From contig CM039002.1 in NCBI GenBank assembly GCA_017499595.2, forward strand, positions 1,302,001-1,366,000: 64,000 nucleotides of DNA, in the 5' to 3' direction. Positions 29,247 through 42,786 of this stretch are shown in pieces (positions within the stretch are counted from its first letter, which is position 1; the number at the start of each line of letters is the position of its first letter). The notes below the pieces were generated by a model. That model was given only the letters and a program-made list of their open reading frames with translations. It did not search any database and was not told where the DNA came from. The translations under genes and the position numbers were made by a program. This DNA is from Psilocybe cubensis. Taxonomy: Eukaryota.

Positions 29247-30261
29247 ATGAAGTCTGCTTTCGCTGCCGTCGCCACTGCTCTGTGCCTTTCTGCTGGTGCT
29301 CTCGCTCAAACTTCCCCTCCCTTGGTCAACACCCCGTGAGTCTGCTTCACATTCCCGTTCTTTCTTTTTCTCAATCGTACTAGTGTACCCAACCCTCCCG
29401 TTTGCCAACCCCTCCTGATCACCTGGAGCGGAGGAACTCGTACGTGCTCAGCTTCTGTTACAATCTTTCCATTCACTGATATCACTTTTGCAGCCCCATA
29501 CTTCTTGGTTCGTACACTATTCCTGCCTTCGCTGCTAGTTGACCTTATATCCATTTCGTATCTTTTATAGAGGTCCGTTGGCTTCCCCTCACTTGTTGTG
29601 CCATTGCTCAAGTTATTTCTTTAGCATTCTCCCTGGTGGACAACCCAGTGCCCCTGCCCTGCTTGACTTTGGTCAAGTCGACGGCACTTCCCTCACATGG
29701 CGTGTCAACTTCACAGTTGGTGAGTGAAACGAACTCATTCCAAGGAAATGTTTGCTCACCCTTACACCCAAGGCACCTCTCTTGGACTTGTCCTCCGTGA
29801 CAACACTGGTTTGGTTTCTCAGTCCGCACCCTTCAGCGTTGCGGCCGGCAGTAAGTTGCATCCATTCCGACGCCTCATGCCAGTGATGCTAATATGTAAT
29901 AGGCGACCTCTCTTGTCTTAGTGGCTCCGGCTCTTCGTCGACTGGCTCAAGTTCTACTGGCTCTGGCCCTGGCTCTAGCTCCAGCTCCGGCTCTAGCTCC
30001 ACCGCTGCTGTTACCAGCCCAACTTCCCCTGCGTCGACCCCCGTGACCCCGACATCCCGCTCGTACGTGTTTTATCAGCAAGTAGTACCGCATTCGTTTA
30101 CTAAATTTGTTCTGAGCAGTTCTAGCGCCTCATCGCACTCATCCGGCACCGGTACTTCTTCTTCAGCCACCAATGCCCCTAGCTCTGCAGCATCCATTGA
30201 GAGCGTCCAGATGGGCCTTGTTGGTGCTCTTGGGGCAGCCCTCGTCGCTCTTTTGGCTTGA
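29247..30261 (+). CDS. Secreted Ser/Thr-rich, probably GPI-anchored cell-wall protein
   Basis: Signal peptide MKSAFAAVATALCLSAGALA, a CQPLLITWSGGTPPYFL domain, a Ser/Gly/Thr-rich stalk and a hydrophobic C-terminus (GLVGALGAALVALLA*). Confidence 0.85.
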
Positions 30262-31065
30262 TTGAATAACTTTCCTTATTGTCACTAAACTTTTCTGCCC
30301 TTTTGCTTTAGAGACATTGTTTTTAATTGATTCCCTTTGCCAGATAAGAGCACATCTATGCTTACATTTTCTGATGCTTTACTTGTACGCTTTTTTGGAT
30401 GTGGGGACTTCTTAGGCACTTCCTTCATACCACTTTTACCCCCTATACGATTTCCAATGACCGAAAAGTTTCCTCCTGTTCTAATTACTGTTGCTGTAGT
30501 TTGTGACTCTTTTCTACTTGGGTGTTTTACTTGAACAATTTTGCTGTCAAAGTAATACATGTCGTTCTTTGGTTCGCACCGTTGTTATCTCTCTAAAAAT
30601 TATGACGCCATTTGCAGGTATACAGCTGCGCAGTGGTGTATGGTGGAGCTATTGCCATAGGGATTGTGACACCTTTTTCAAAACCAACATGTTACACGAG
30701 GGCCTAACGAACAGTTGATGTCGCATCAACTCTGCCTTCATTGTACTCTAGTACTGTATCATGTGTAGATCAATCTGGAACATTCACTTGGCAGCGTACA
30801 AAGGCTTCGACTCTTGTCAATTCGAATATCAATTGAGGTCCCAAGCATTCTACACGATTCTACGAAGAGGAAGAAGGAACTCCGTCATTCCAAGAAATTC
30901 TCGAACAGCTCGATGCACATGGGATGGGTTCATGATCTAGCAAGCGGAGTTTTCCAAATGAAATAGGGAGTAATACTAACCTATACTATTGCCTACTTAA
31001 TCTTGAAGCTATTTCTTTCCGCTAGAAGTCTGTCCTCTCCTTTCATTGATCAACTGCATGACGGT

Positions 31066-31117
31066 TTCCGGGTTTCCCTCTTAGCGGTTCCGGGTGCGAG
31101 ATGGCCGACTTCCGGGT
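31066..31117. repeat. Three TTCCGGGT octamers at exact 22-bp spacing
   Basis: Copies start at 31066, 31088 and 31110. Confidence 0.8.
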
Positions 31118-33469
31118 GACTGCGACTTTGAGTCGGTGGATGTGTTCAGCTCAAGTTCAGCCTCTTTGTTCCAGCAGGGATAAAGAAGTTCCAGATGCAT
31201 GTTTTACCTGATGCTCCATGCCAGGCAGCGTCTTGACTTCAGTAGTTGTAAGAAATACATGTTATAACTGTAAGGTCTGTAACTTAAGATTGTACACTGG
31301 CGGGAGTAGCTTCTGAAGATCAGATGCTTTAATTAATTTAGAATAAGAATTCCTTTTACTTACGGCTGCATGGAAATTCATGGATTGTCAAATTTTCTGT
31401 AGTACGCCTTCATTCATACAAACAACCATGTCATAGTAATAAATGAGACACATCACTATTTCCTGGGTTATAGGTGATGAAATAGCCCCAGTTTGGGCCT
31501 CGCCGCCCCGTGCCAGAGAGACGAAATTCTTATCAGAATAAGTGTCAAGAATAGGGTATGCATGGTAGATACAAATTCTCAGCACATATGATTTGTGTAC
31601 ACAAGAGGTGAAATCTCGCAATATATTGAAACAGGTGTAATATGTATGTATAGGTTCCAAGAAGCTGTCTGCTTTTATTTCAAGACCTTCTCTTAGTCAA
31701 TCATAGAGAGTTACTAGCCAGAATTTGTCTTCATGTCTGTACAATATGTATGGATATAATTTTCCCGGAAAATCCTCAAAGATTAGTTTATACAAGTTTC
31801 TGGCAAGAAGAGAGAGAAAACAGCACTCGGGATTCTGATAGGATTCTCCTCCGAGTCGGGCGGCAGAGGCTCTCAATAATACTGTTGTCAGTGGTGAAAA
31901 TTACTTGAATTGATATTCAACATCCAGTTTGTCTCAATTGTCACTAAAAATATGAGGCATTTATATTGAGTAAATGTAAACATATGTGAAAGTTAGCACT
32001 TTCAGTTTGTGCAAGAAAATGATTGAAATATTTACACAACCCACTGCATAATAATTGTATAGTGAGATGCAATCTATGGCAGAAATAAAGGCGAAATGAA
32101 TAGTAGTAGTAGCTTAACTTGAATCCCTAGAACTTATAAGTAGTACCCCTAAGCGACCACGAAGTTAATTGACGTGAGAAAATATTACGTGGCTTGTAGC
32201 CACCTACTTTGTAAGCCAGTCAGGTGTGACTCTGAGTGAATTGGAAATTGAAATATTGACCTTTTAGCTTTGACTTTTACTCCAAACACAACCTCAATCA
32301 AACTCGTTCCATAATTCACTCAGTGCGAACGCGCGTAGCAACACATCTATGACTGTTATACTTAACGGACATGAGGAATCTATCAGAGGAGATGGATGCC
32401 GCCTCAATGACGTGCTACATCTCAGAATCCTTTTTTAACGTTCATACAGGTTATTGAAATTTGTAGACGGGTCCCCTCTGGTCCCCTTTACTGCTTCCAA
32501 TCCTCCGATCCATTATTTGCTCTCACGCCACCAGCATCTGCCTTGACAACCTTTCCAAACCATAAGACGCAAATCCCCCCTATGGACCTTAGATTGGGAA
32601 GCTACAAAGAACTGTCGAGCAGCTTTCTGAATAGCCTATTCTTCTCCATGCGCGCTAATGGTAGCCGAACTATGCTCGCAAACAGTAGAGCTACACTTAT
32701 GCTCGGGTACACGGAAATCCGGTTCATGGTGCCCAGTTCGCTGCTCAAGAAATCGATAAACAAGATATCTTTGTTTATCCATAGAAAAATCACGGCTTCT
32801 TTAGAATTGTACGTCTATTTTTTTTTCGCGTGGTGCGAGTCGCAATTTTATTTAAGGTGCCTTGCAGACCAAAAACTTGTGAAATTGAACACCGCGAATA
32901 CGCGAGCGGCGACGGTGTCAAATGCGCCACTTTCTAGTCGTTCCCACCCAACCCACATTTCACATTGTGGCGTCCTACCAAGACAATCCAGCTAGGTGCT
33001 TCTCACGACAAAATAGCATGAGAGAAAAATAATCTAATGTTTCCTGGTATGTTTAACGTGCGGGTGTCTTTCACAATGCATATTGACCCTCGACTATACT
33101 ACAGACTCTTTGAGTTCGAGCTCACGAATATCATCAGTGACTGTAATGAAACGCACACCCAAGCAGCCTATCTTCTTGACAACTACATCTCCATGGCACA
33201 TGAGTATCCGAAATCCTATGTGTTCAGGGTGCTTATTTTGATGGTTCAAGAACACATTCAATTGCAACGTCTTGTAGGTGAACGGCGTTAGTACGACCAA
33301 ATTTAGAATCTAACGGCATTCTACTTTCCAGTACCGGTCATCTCTCTGAGAATCAATGTTGCGGGGCGAAGGGGGTTGATATGAGGCTTATATTGCTATC
33401 TCTTGTTACATTCTTCAAACGCTCGCCTATCAACTGCTTCAAAATAGTGTACATACTCATCCAGTTATC

Positions 33470-35823
33470 ATGGCTCCTGGCGGCCTTGGGGCTATTGTTG
33501 ACTATATTCATCAGGGGCCATGGTACAAAACTAGAGGTGACTTGCAATTCCGTGGTACGATTGGAATGATAATTTTTATCTTTCGAAACAGGCATCTTGG
33601 TCCTAAACATTTTCCTTCTTGTCCCTCTTTTGACGTCAGTGATTAATGGCCTTGACTCCTCGTTGGTGAATGGTAAGCCTGTCTGGAGAGTACGAAGTTC
33701 CATTCCTGTACAATGCCGCTTTTACAGGGCTCCAAATCTCTCCGGATTGGCAAGATTACTTTGGCAATCCAAGAGGAAAAACATTGGGTGACATCATTCT
33801 GCCTCGAGCTGTTCAGCACATCGACTTATCACTGCTGCTATAGGGCTTCTTAACTCTGCCCAATTCTTAGGAAACCTTGTCGGCCTACCTTTCTCACCGT
33901 ATGTGTCCGATACATATGGCCGTCGTGTAGCCTTGTTCTTGGGAAGTATGATTATGTGCGCAGGTGTCGGACTACAGGCCGCGGCTTGGAGTATCGCAGC
34001 GTTTATCGGTGCTCGATTCATCAGTAAGCTTTATTGAATTGAGTGTTATTTCTCTGGCTTTGTCTAATATTTTGGCATTACCTCAGTTGGGTTTGGGCTC
34101 TCATTTTGTACAAATGCCGCCCCTCTACTTCTCATCGAGCTCGCATACCCCACACATGTGAGCGTAGGTTGTTGGTTAATATTGTCGTATATCTTATGCT
34201 TTGCCGCCATAAAAGCGTGGAAGAATAACTGCCATGTTCAACTCCTGCTGGTATCTCGGTAGCATTATCTCGGCATGGGTATGTCGTAGGCATTATCACT
34301 CGGACGAGATCCTCTCAATCACCTCACCTCGAACGCCAGGTCTGTTTCGGCGCATTTGATCACGCCAACGGTAGCCAATGGTCCTGGCGTGTTCCTACTC
34401 TGGCTCAGGCTCTGGGCCCACTGATTCAGATTTTCTCTATCTGGGCTATGCCGGAGTCTCCTCGTTGGCTTGTTTCTAAGGGGATGGTGAGGAAATGCGC
34501 CACTTTCCCAAAAGTCGTTGTCCCCGTTACTAAATATAGAAACTTGTATTCAGGAATCCAAGGCTGCCGCTGTTCTAGCGAGGTATCACGCGCCCACCAA
34601 CGATGTTTACGATCAACTGGTGGTATTCGAAATGGCTCAGATCCGGCACGCTATCCGTATAGAGGAAGAAATCAGCAAGTCTACATCCTACTGGTCTCTA
34701 TTTTCGAGCCCCGGTAATAGGAAACGTATGCGTATCATCTTGGGTATTGCAGTATTTTCGCAATGGAGGTATGAATCCCCAACTTCACAAGCTTTTTTAT
34801 CCACTGAGTGTCAGGTATTAGTGGAAACGGACTTGTGTCGTATTACATCAATCTCATTCTAGAAGGCGTTGGTATCATGAAGACGGAGACAAAATCTATT
34901 GTTAATGGATGCTTACAGGTGCCTTATGACTTTCTCTGTTGGGCCTTGGCAAATTTTGATTATACCCTAGGTCTTTAACTTTGGTGCAGCAATGGGTGCA
35001 GCAATGCTTGTGGATTACGCTGGTCGTCGACCATTATTCTTAATATCAACTTCTGGGATGCTCATAAGTGCGTCGTTACTTTATTCAAAGTCGGCCTTAG
35101 GAAATAAATGTTGATCAAGGCCTGCAGCGTTTTGTATCTGGACTGTTACGAATGCATTATACAATACTGTAGGGGACGTGAATGCTGCAAAGGCTACTAT
35201 TCCTTTGATATTTGTTTTCTTTTTCTTCTATGATCTCGCGTATACGCCCATGCTTGTTGCATATACTCTGGAGATTCTTCCTTTCAAGGTTCGAGCAAAA
35301 GGCTTTGCAATCATGGTAAGTATCTAATTACATGTTTCTTGGTTGACCTATTGATTAAACTTTGCCACAGAATTTGGCAATGATGGCTGCAATTGCCTTT
35401 AATCAATTTGTAAACCCGTGGGCACTTTCTGCGATAAGCTGGTGGTATTACGTCGTTTATTGCGGTTGGCTTGTTTTCGAACTAGTCTTCATCTTTTTCT
35501 TCGCTGTGGAAACTAAAGGTGTGATGTTTTAAACCAGTTGACATATCAATTTTTAATATCATATAGGGCGTACTCTGGAGGAAACTGCTGCTTTGTTCGA
35601 CGGCGAAGAGCGACCAAACGATCTGGCTGTTATGGGTGACGCGGCTGCGAATCCGACTGGAAATCGCAGGCACAGCATAATTGTTATTCACCCACAGGGA
35701 CAAGACTCTTATCGGGAGCGACAGACAAAAGTAGAAGAGCAGTATGAAATGAACAGGCGATACTTAGACTCTGATACCTCGAGTATATCCAGCAAAGATG
35801 TCCTACGCAAGGCTTCTGGTTAA
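33470..35823 (+). CDS. MFS sugar porter, LAC12/cellodextrin-transporter-like; copy A
   Basis: NGLDSSLVNG, SDTYGRR, ELAYP, PESPRWL, FSQWSGNGL, EILPFKVRAKG, VETKGRTLEE. Confidence 0.92.
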
Positions 35824-36705
35824 GTTGACGCTTGTTTACCGCGATCTTGATCATTTAATGGTGCATTCTGTATCAGTATGCGTGATATGATTGTATCAGT
35901 ACCCATTTGTGGACAATGATGATGACTTCCTAGTCAAGTTTGCCTTAGTAGCCGAGAAGCTGAACTCTGCCCTCTATAAGAGCTGGAGTTTCGCGGAATA
36001 AACATATGGTTTGATGGTGGGGAGTAATATGCAGATATTATCTATGTCAAGATTGAGAACACAAGATGCACTAATTGCCCAGGCCTCTGAAAAGCCAATG
36101 CGCGCCAATCGCGGGCGCTTTTACTACATACTAGTCACGTGAACAATGATTTGTTGAAATGGACACCGATCGCGAACGTCCAACTGCCTTTACATCTTCA
36201 TGCATCTTGCTCTCGCTGTTGTTCTCTACCCTTTCTACGAAACATAGCTTATCACTTGAACTCCCCATAAGGCTACACTTGCAGTCTTCTACCTCCTGTC
36301 ATCGCGAGTAATAGTTCCATCCATCACATGATGGCTTATGATGGCCGTCGTAAGCTATTTCATCGGATTTTCTCCGGTGGACTCTTTCTGCCTACATCTT
36401 GATTTCACAACGTGAGCGGAATGTAGGGATGTCAAATATCATGGTCTTGCGGCGCCCAGCGTATCTGTGCCAACTTCGGCAATGTGATCGCAGAATAATG
36501 TGGTCCCAGATTTGTACCTGACATATTCAAATCTCGGAAGCGGGAGCAAGGGTGGATTTATAGTGCGAGAACGAGTATTTCTACTTGAGAGAACTTCATA
36601 GGGTGGAGCCCGTAGTTCATCCGTCCTTATATTCCTCCGGCTGTAAGGAAGAAGTTTGTCGTATATTGCATTTTCCCCACTTCCCCTTAATTGTGGGACC
36701 CTACA

Positions 36706-38963
36706 ATGGCGCCGACGGGTAACGAAGGGCATTGGTCTGTCGTTGATTTCCTTCACAGAGGATACTGGTGGCAGAACCGAGGTGCGCATCAATACTGTTA
36801 ACCCAACACACATTTTTGATTTGTGATCTAACCCTGTACAGGCATTCTTCTGCTAAACATATGCCTTTTGACCCCCCTCATGACATCAGTGGCCAATGGC
36901 CTTGATTCTTCTCTAGTAAATGGTAAGACATTGACTGACCGCGTCCGTTACAGGTCCAGGCTTATGTATTTTGTGTTTTAGGTCTTCAAATTTTACCGGA
37001 ATGGCAGTCATCTTTTGGTTTTCCTAAAGGCCGAACGTTAGGTACGTACTTGCGGTCTCTCTGAAGACAATCATTTTAACACATTTCAGGTGTCATAAAC
37101 TCCGCCCAATTTTTAGGAAATCTAACTGGACTACCATTTACACCATACCTCTCTGATATTCTTGGACGGCGCGCAGCACTGTTCATTGGCAGCCTGATCA
37201 TGTGTCTGGGCGTAGGTTTACAGGCTGCGGCATGGAGTGTACCAATGCTAATTGGTGCACGTTTCACCAGTGAATATACCTCCATCCAATATATTTTGAG
37301 TTTTGTCTTAACATCATTTGCAGTTGGCTTGGGTCTCTCGTTTTGTCAAAATGCATCACCGCTACTGTTAATCGAACTCGCCTACCCAACACATGTACGC
37401 TCGTAGCCATTCAACTCAACTTGATCAATTTTTCTTACGACATTTTCGCAGCGCGGAAAACTAACGTCCATGTTCAATTCATGTTGGTACATTGGAAGCA
37501 TCATTTCTGCGTGGGTGAGGCATCATCTCTGTTTTTCTTTTCTTCCGCTGTTTATGCTAAATGATTGTATACAGGTTTGCTATGGTGCATATCGGCATGC
37601 TGGCGAAAGCGAATGGTCGTGGCGAGTACCGACACTCGTGCAAGCCATTTGTCCGGTGATCCAGCTTGTCAGTATTTGGTTCGTTCCCGAATCACCACGA
37701 TGGCTCGTTTCAAAAGGTCTGGAATCGAAAGCGTCAAAAGTCCTAGCGAAGTATCACGCACACGGTAGTGATGAGAGAGACCCTTTGGTTACCTTCGAAA
37801 TGGCGCAAATACGCCATGCAATCCGTATGGAAGAGGATATTAACAAGAGCACGTCATATCTCTCCCTATTTTCCACTCCTGGCAACAGAAAACGTATGCG
37901 CATTATTCTGGCTATTGCTGTTTTTTCTCAGTGGAGGTATGGTATTTCGTGAAGTTCAGCTTTCACTGTTCAATATCTCATTTGTGGTTCAGTGGAAACG
38001 GTTTGGTGTCATACTATATTGACATAGTCCTCAAGGGTGTCGGAATCACAGACACTGAAACCAAGTCAATAATAAATGGGTCTCTCCAAGTGTTCAATTT
38101 TGTGATCGCCATGGGCGCCGCCTCGCTTATCGATTTTGCTGGTCGTCGCCCACTTTTTATCATCTCGAATTCAGGGATGCTTATTAGTGTGTACACTTTT
38201 TTTTATAAACGTTACATGATTTTTTGAACAGCTCTCTAGCTTTCTGTGCCTGGACTATTACTACCGCTCTTTACAATACCATGGATAATGCTGCAGCAGC
38301 CAAAGCGACCATTCCACTCATTTTTCTATTCTACTTTTTCTACGACCTCGCCTACACACCCATGCTTGTCGCCTATACCCTTGAGATTTTGCCATTCCGC
38401 GTTCGTGCTAAAGGATTTGCAATCATGGTAAGTATCCAGGTTTAAAACTCACATACACACATTAATCTCTTCATCTATTCGGCAGAATTTGACAATTATG
38501 GCCACCGTCGCCTTCAATCAATTTATCAACCCGTGGGCACTGGAGGCAATTTCATGGTGGTACTATATCGTCTATTGCGGATTCCTTGTCTTCGAACTCG
38601 GTTTCATCCTTGTCTTCATTGTGGAAACAAAAGGTCAGTAACCTCTTAGATATCGCCAAGTATCATCGTAGTAATAAATCGTCAATTGCAACAGGAAGAA
38701 CATTAGAAGAAACAGCATCTCTGTTTGACGGGGATGAGCAACCAGCAGACCTCGTTTCTATGGGAGGCGTAGCCGCCGATATGTCGATGAGGCTTAGCCA
38801 GGGTGTAATTGTGACGCAGACTGAAATCCAGTACAGAGAAAGGGCTCCAGAGTTGGGACGGTCGGAGGACAAACTTTACGAACATTACGAAATGAAAAAG
38901 CGATACCGGGATTCTGACATGACGACGTCAAGTTCAGATCTCCACAACTCGCGCGCTTTCTGA
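36706..38963 (+). CDS. MFS sugar porter, LAC12/cellodextrin-transporter-like; copy B (tandem paralog)
   Basis: Same motifs as copy A (SDILGRR, PESPRWL, FSQW, EILPFRVRAKG, ETKGRTLEE) and mostly shared intron positions. Confidence 0.92.
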
Positions 38964-39278
38964 GCATTCTATATACCACCTGTATTTGACTTGTAACAAC
39001 CCAAAATACCAACATTTACTCGCTGTATAACTTAGTACTTTCAATATCATTGCTGTTGCATTAGGATGTTTTAATATGTAAGAATCAACTTGTAAACGTT
39101 TTCCATCAGCTTGTAATATTTTCGAAACCAAATAGACTCATTGTCAATCAATGTCAGGGTTAATATCTACAGTAAAATTGCTGTTCAGCTAAGTAATTTT
39201 GCATTAAGTGTATCGCACTTGGCTATAAAACTGATTAGAAATGAGGCCAAGTGAAACCATAAATCAAGTTCTTCTGGG

Positions 39279-42036
39279 TCAAGGGGTTTCTTCGAGAGGA
39301 CTCCAAACCTGAACGTTGTTTGCAAAGCACGAGAATGTGCCCCAGCCTTGCGCGTCGATTTCCACTCGTCCATGTTGTGTCATTTGACTCTTGAACATTT
39401 TGCCAGCATAGCGCTACGTAGAATAGGTTACGAGGCAGCTGAAAAGAACGAAAAGGAATACACGCACAAGGCCGACATTCATACGAAGTTCATGGACGAA
39501 CGAGTCAGCACTGCGTAACATCGCGCGTTATTTAGAGTGCAGATCATCCAGAAGAGGACGAACTTACCCATCCTCCTTGTTGCTGAGGATAACTGCGCAG
39601 CCGTGATGGTTCTCATCGCCTTTGCGTACGAAGCCGATGCAGTTTTTCTCGACTAGGTAGTCTTCAGTGGGGCCGTAAGCGAATTTTCGCCGCATCTCAA
39701 CCAAGAGGTAGATATTCCGAGACGTGTTCTGGTTGTACCCTTCTTTATTTGGGTAAAGGTCACCGTAGAACAGGCACCTGCGGGTGAAGCGGGGTTTTCT
39801 TAGTGAGCGGAAGCGCTGCGATGGGGAAATAAGCAAGCTGTGTATGGCTACGTACGGGAGACCATAACCTCGGAGTAATATTAGGGCATATGCTTGTGTT
39901 TTGAAGTTGTCCCCCACCTTTGGATGCGCATGAGACATATGTGGGGAAATAAGCTCCGACGAGCAGTGTCAAAAATAACGCACCCAACTTTCTAAGCTTT
40001 GGCCCTCGACCTGCGACAGCACGACGTTCGATTTAGAATGACGCGTGATTGACTGGTGGAAGCATCAGAAGAAAATCCTTACCGTACTGATTATGATTGG
40101 AAAAGTGTTTAAAAAGGTCATTTGCAGTGATGGGTAGCCGGAAGCAAAACAACTCACTCGTGGTTATCCACAAAAGTCACTGCATCATCGGGTTTTACCT
40201 GGACAACTGTATCCTTGAGGATCCGCCTGAGATCGTATCGTGTTCGTTCGCGACTCGCTTGATTGAAATTCATGTGCAAAGGCACATCGAAAAAGGTCGT
40301 CTGAATAAGGAGAAAGATCCTGAGAGTCGATCGGATGAAAGTCGGAAAAAGACCCTTACTTCGCCTTTAAAGGCTTTTATGTAGGGCATTATCATTTTCA
40401 AGCTGTGGTACCGACGGTGTTTCAACAAGACGCCGTTCGGGTGGTATGACGATCGACGTACTTTCCAGACCAGTATTCGGCTGGAAAGAACGCGTTAGAA
40501 CGCTGACAACACCTAGAACCTGACATTAAACTTACAGACAACAAACATGTCTTTCAATCCGGATCGACGACGCGTTTCCTGGATCTGTATGTCATGAGCC
40601 CACAAGTTTATACGCGTAGTTGACAAATAGTCACCCAATGTAGCATAAACTTCCTGTCGACGTGTTTTATGGCGTCAAGTCTGAATCCACTCGCACCGGT
40701 GGTCTTTTAGGTGCTGGTTAGACGCGCGAAGGCCGACATCTCTAAACGCTCACTTTTAAAATCCATTCTCCCCAATTCTCCAGGTCTTCCCTTACGGCTG
40801 GATGGCGATGGTCGATCTGCAAAAGCAAATTAGTGCTATACAACGAACTTGGACTTTGCGACTTACATCAACTCCCAGTAGGAAGTCGTAGTTTCCAAGC
40901 TCGGAGTCTACGTTTCTAGACCAGCCCTTGTGGCCTGGTGCAACTATACGGTATATCCCTTTCGTTTTAGTTTTGTGGTCCCAATCGACGCCTATGATGC
41001 AATTAGTTTTCAAGGAATTGGGAATTGGATCTATATCATACCAGTAAAATGTTCCCTATTCCACTTCATGGTGCTATACTTGTTGCATTGTACAAATTAG
41101 GTTTCCAGTAGACCCAAGAAGACTGCAGAACATACTTTATTACCCCTACCCGGGTAGTTGAAGGCAGTCCACCCCTGAGTCCAGAAATTCAGCTATAAGC
41201 AGCGGGATGTTGAAAGTATAAAACAGTACATCTATTTCTCTAACCGGGCCCGCGTCTTTCAGTCTGTTTTCTGGCTGCGATGGTACAGCGTTGAACGTTT
41301 CTACATGATCGCCGCCCAATTTATGCTGTAAACAAGATGTTAACTTTTTCTCCCTATGAAAAAGGACAGGTGATGATGTACATTCAGAACGGCGTCGATC
41401 AAGATATCAATCCCGTGTTCTTTGGCCACTTTACACGCTTGAAGAAGCTCCTCGCGAGTGCCCCATCGTGTTTTGATCGTCCCTTTCTGTTCGAATTCGC
41501 CCAAATCCCACTGCGAATACGATGAAAAGTTAGCTTCTTAAAGGATAGGGGCGCTCATACGCGACGCACCAAATCATAGGCGTCGTACCCTCGCCCTTTC
41601 TGCAGCAACAAGCGCGTCAGGTAAATGAATACACCAGTTGGAACCCCATATGCAAAGGTGCCCTTACTGGTTCAGCTGCCTTATTCGGTGGTGGAAGCCA
41701 GACTTGGGTGACGCCGAGTTCTGCCAAGTGAGGTATCTCAGCCTCAAAGTGCTTCCACCAACTCAGCGATTCGTGCAAGCAATCCCAAGTGAAAAACTGG
41801 ATCTACGACGCGTCAAAAAAAGAAAAAAACAAACACCCACAGTCAGCTTGGAGAAACACAAGAAAGTAAACACAAGTTTGCGGCGGGTTTCAGGTTTTTT
41901 TTAAAAATGCCATTTTGTTTACCATTAACGGGTTTGCGCTTTTGAGCCTCTCCTCTGGCCCCAGGCGCATGTAGGTCAGAGGCGAAGAAATCGAGGAAGG
42001 CGCGAGACCGAGCCATGACTTGATCTTGGCAAACAT
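39279..42036 (-). CDS. Intracellular alpha-amylase, GH13 (subfamily 5-like)
   Basis: QFFTW, VWLPPPNK, GYDAYDL-WDLGEF, DAVLNHK, catalytic GFRLDAIKH, EYW and FVDNHD. No signal peptide; many short exons. Confidence 0.9.
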
Positions 42037-42786
42037 CGCAAGACTTTCTTGAGTAGCAGACCACTAAGAGGATGAAGGAGGATTCAAAAAAAGCCACTTA
42101 AAAAGCTTAGCATAATTAAACATTCCATTGCAGCTGGCAGCGGAGCGGCTGGCAAGCGGCGAACTGGCCATTCCAACAGTTGCAACGGTCCGCATCAATC
42201 AATGGAAGTAAACCCCGCAGGCAGCAGTAGCACGTGAGTCGTGAGAACATCAAGCCCGGCACATCCCGATAAGGGTATAAATTTGCGCGAGGTGGATGTG
42301 CTGTCCGTTGAAAGTTCCCACCACAGCGCCTCCTCGTCTCATGTTGGCGTTTTGCTTCACATTGGGATATGGATACGGTGCACTCATTTGTAGTCAGTTG
42401 GTGGGGAGAAAGAAACGGCCTCCTTAATCGCTCCGACCACGCTATAACCTACGTAGGAAGGAGTTTCATGATGACGGCGATATCTCCCTTGTTCCTCGTC
42501 GCTGTTACCACTTGTATAATTTGTAGTTATGTGAAATTTATTGTTTTGGTGATTGATCGTTGGTTGTGCGTTAAGCAAATTATACCTTCTTCAAAATGAG
42601 CCTTTTATGTACGCAATCAGTCAGAAAGAATTGACCTGTACCCAATCGCGTGAATCCGTCGCAAAAATTTGCATTCCGTCCAAAGTGTAAAGTGCAATGT
42701 ACAGCATTACATGGCATAGATACCATAGAAAAAAATTAAGAAATGAGGATAGCACCAAAATAAAGGGAATATGATAACAAAATGGG

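Noticed and set aside
32543-33291. ORFs of 150 and 84 aa in the interval before porter A
   Set aside because: No recognisable domain or consistent splice model. They could be decayed gene or transposon fragments, but I cannot support that.
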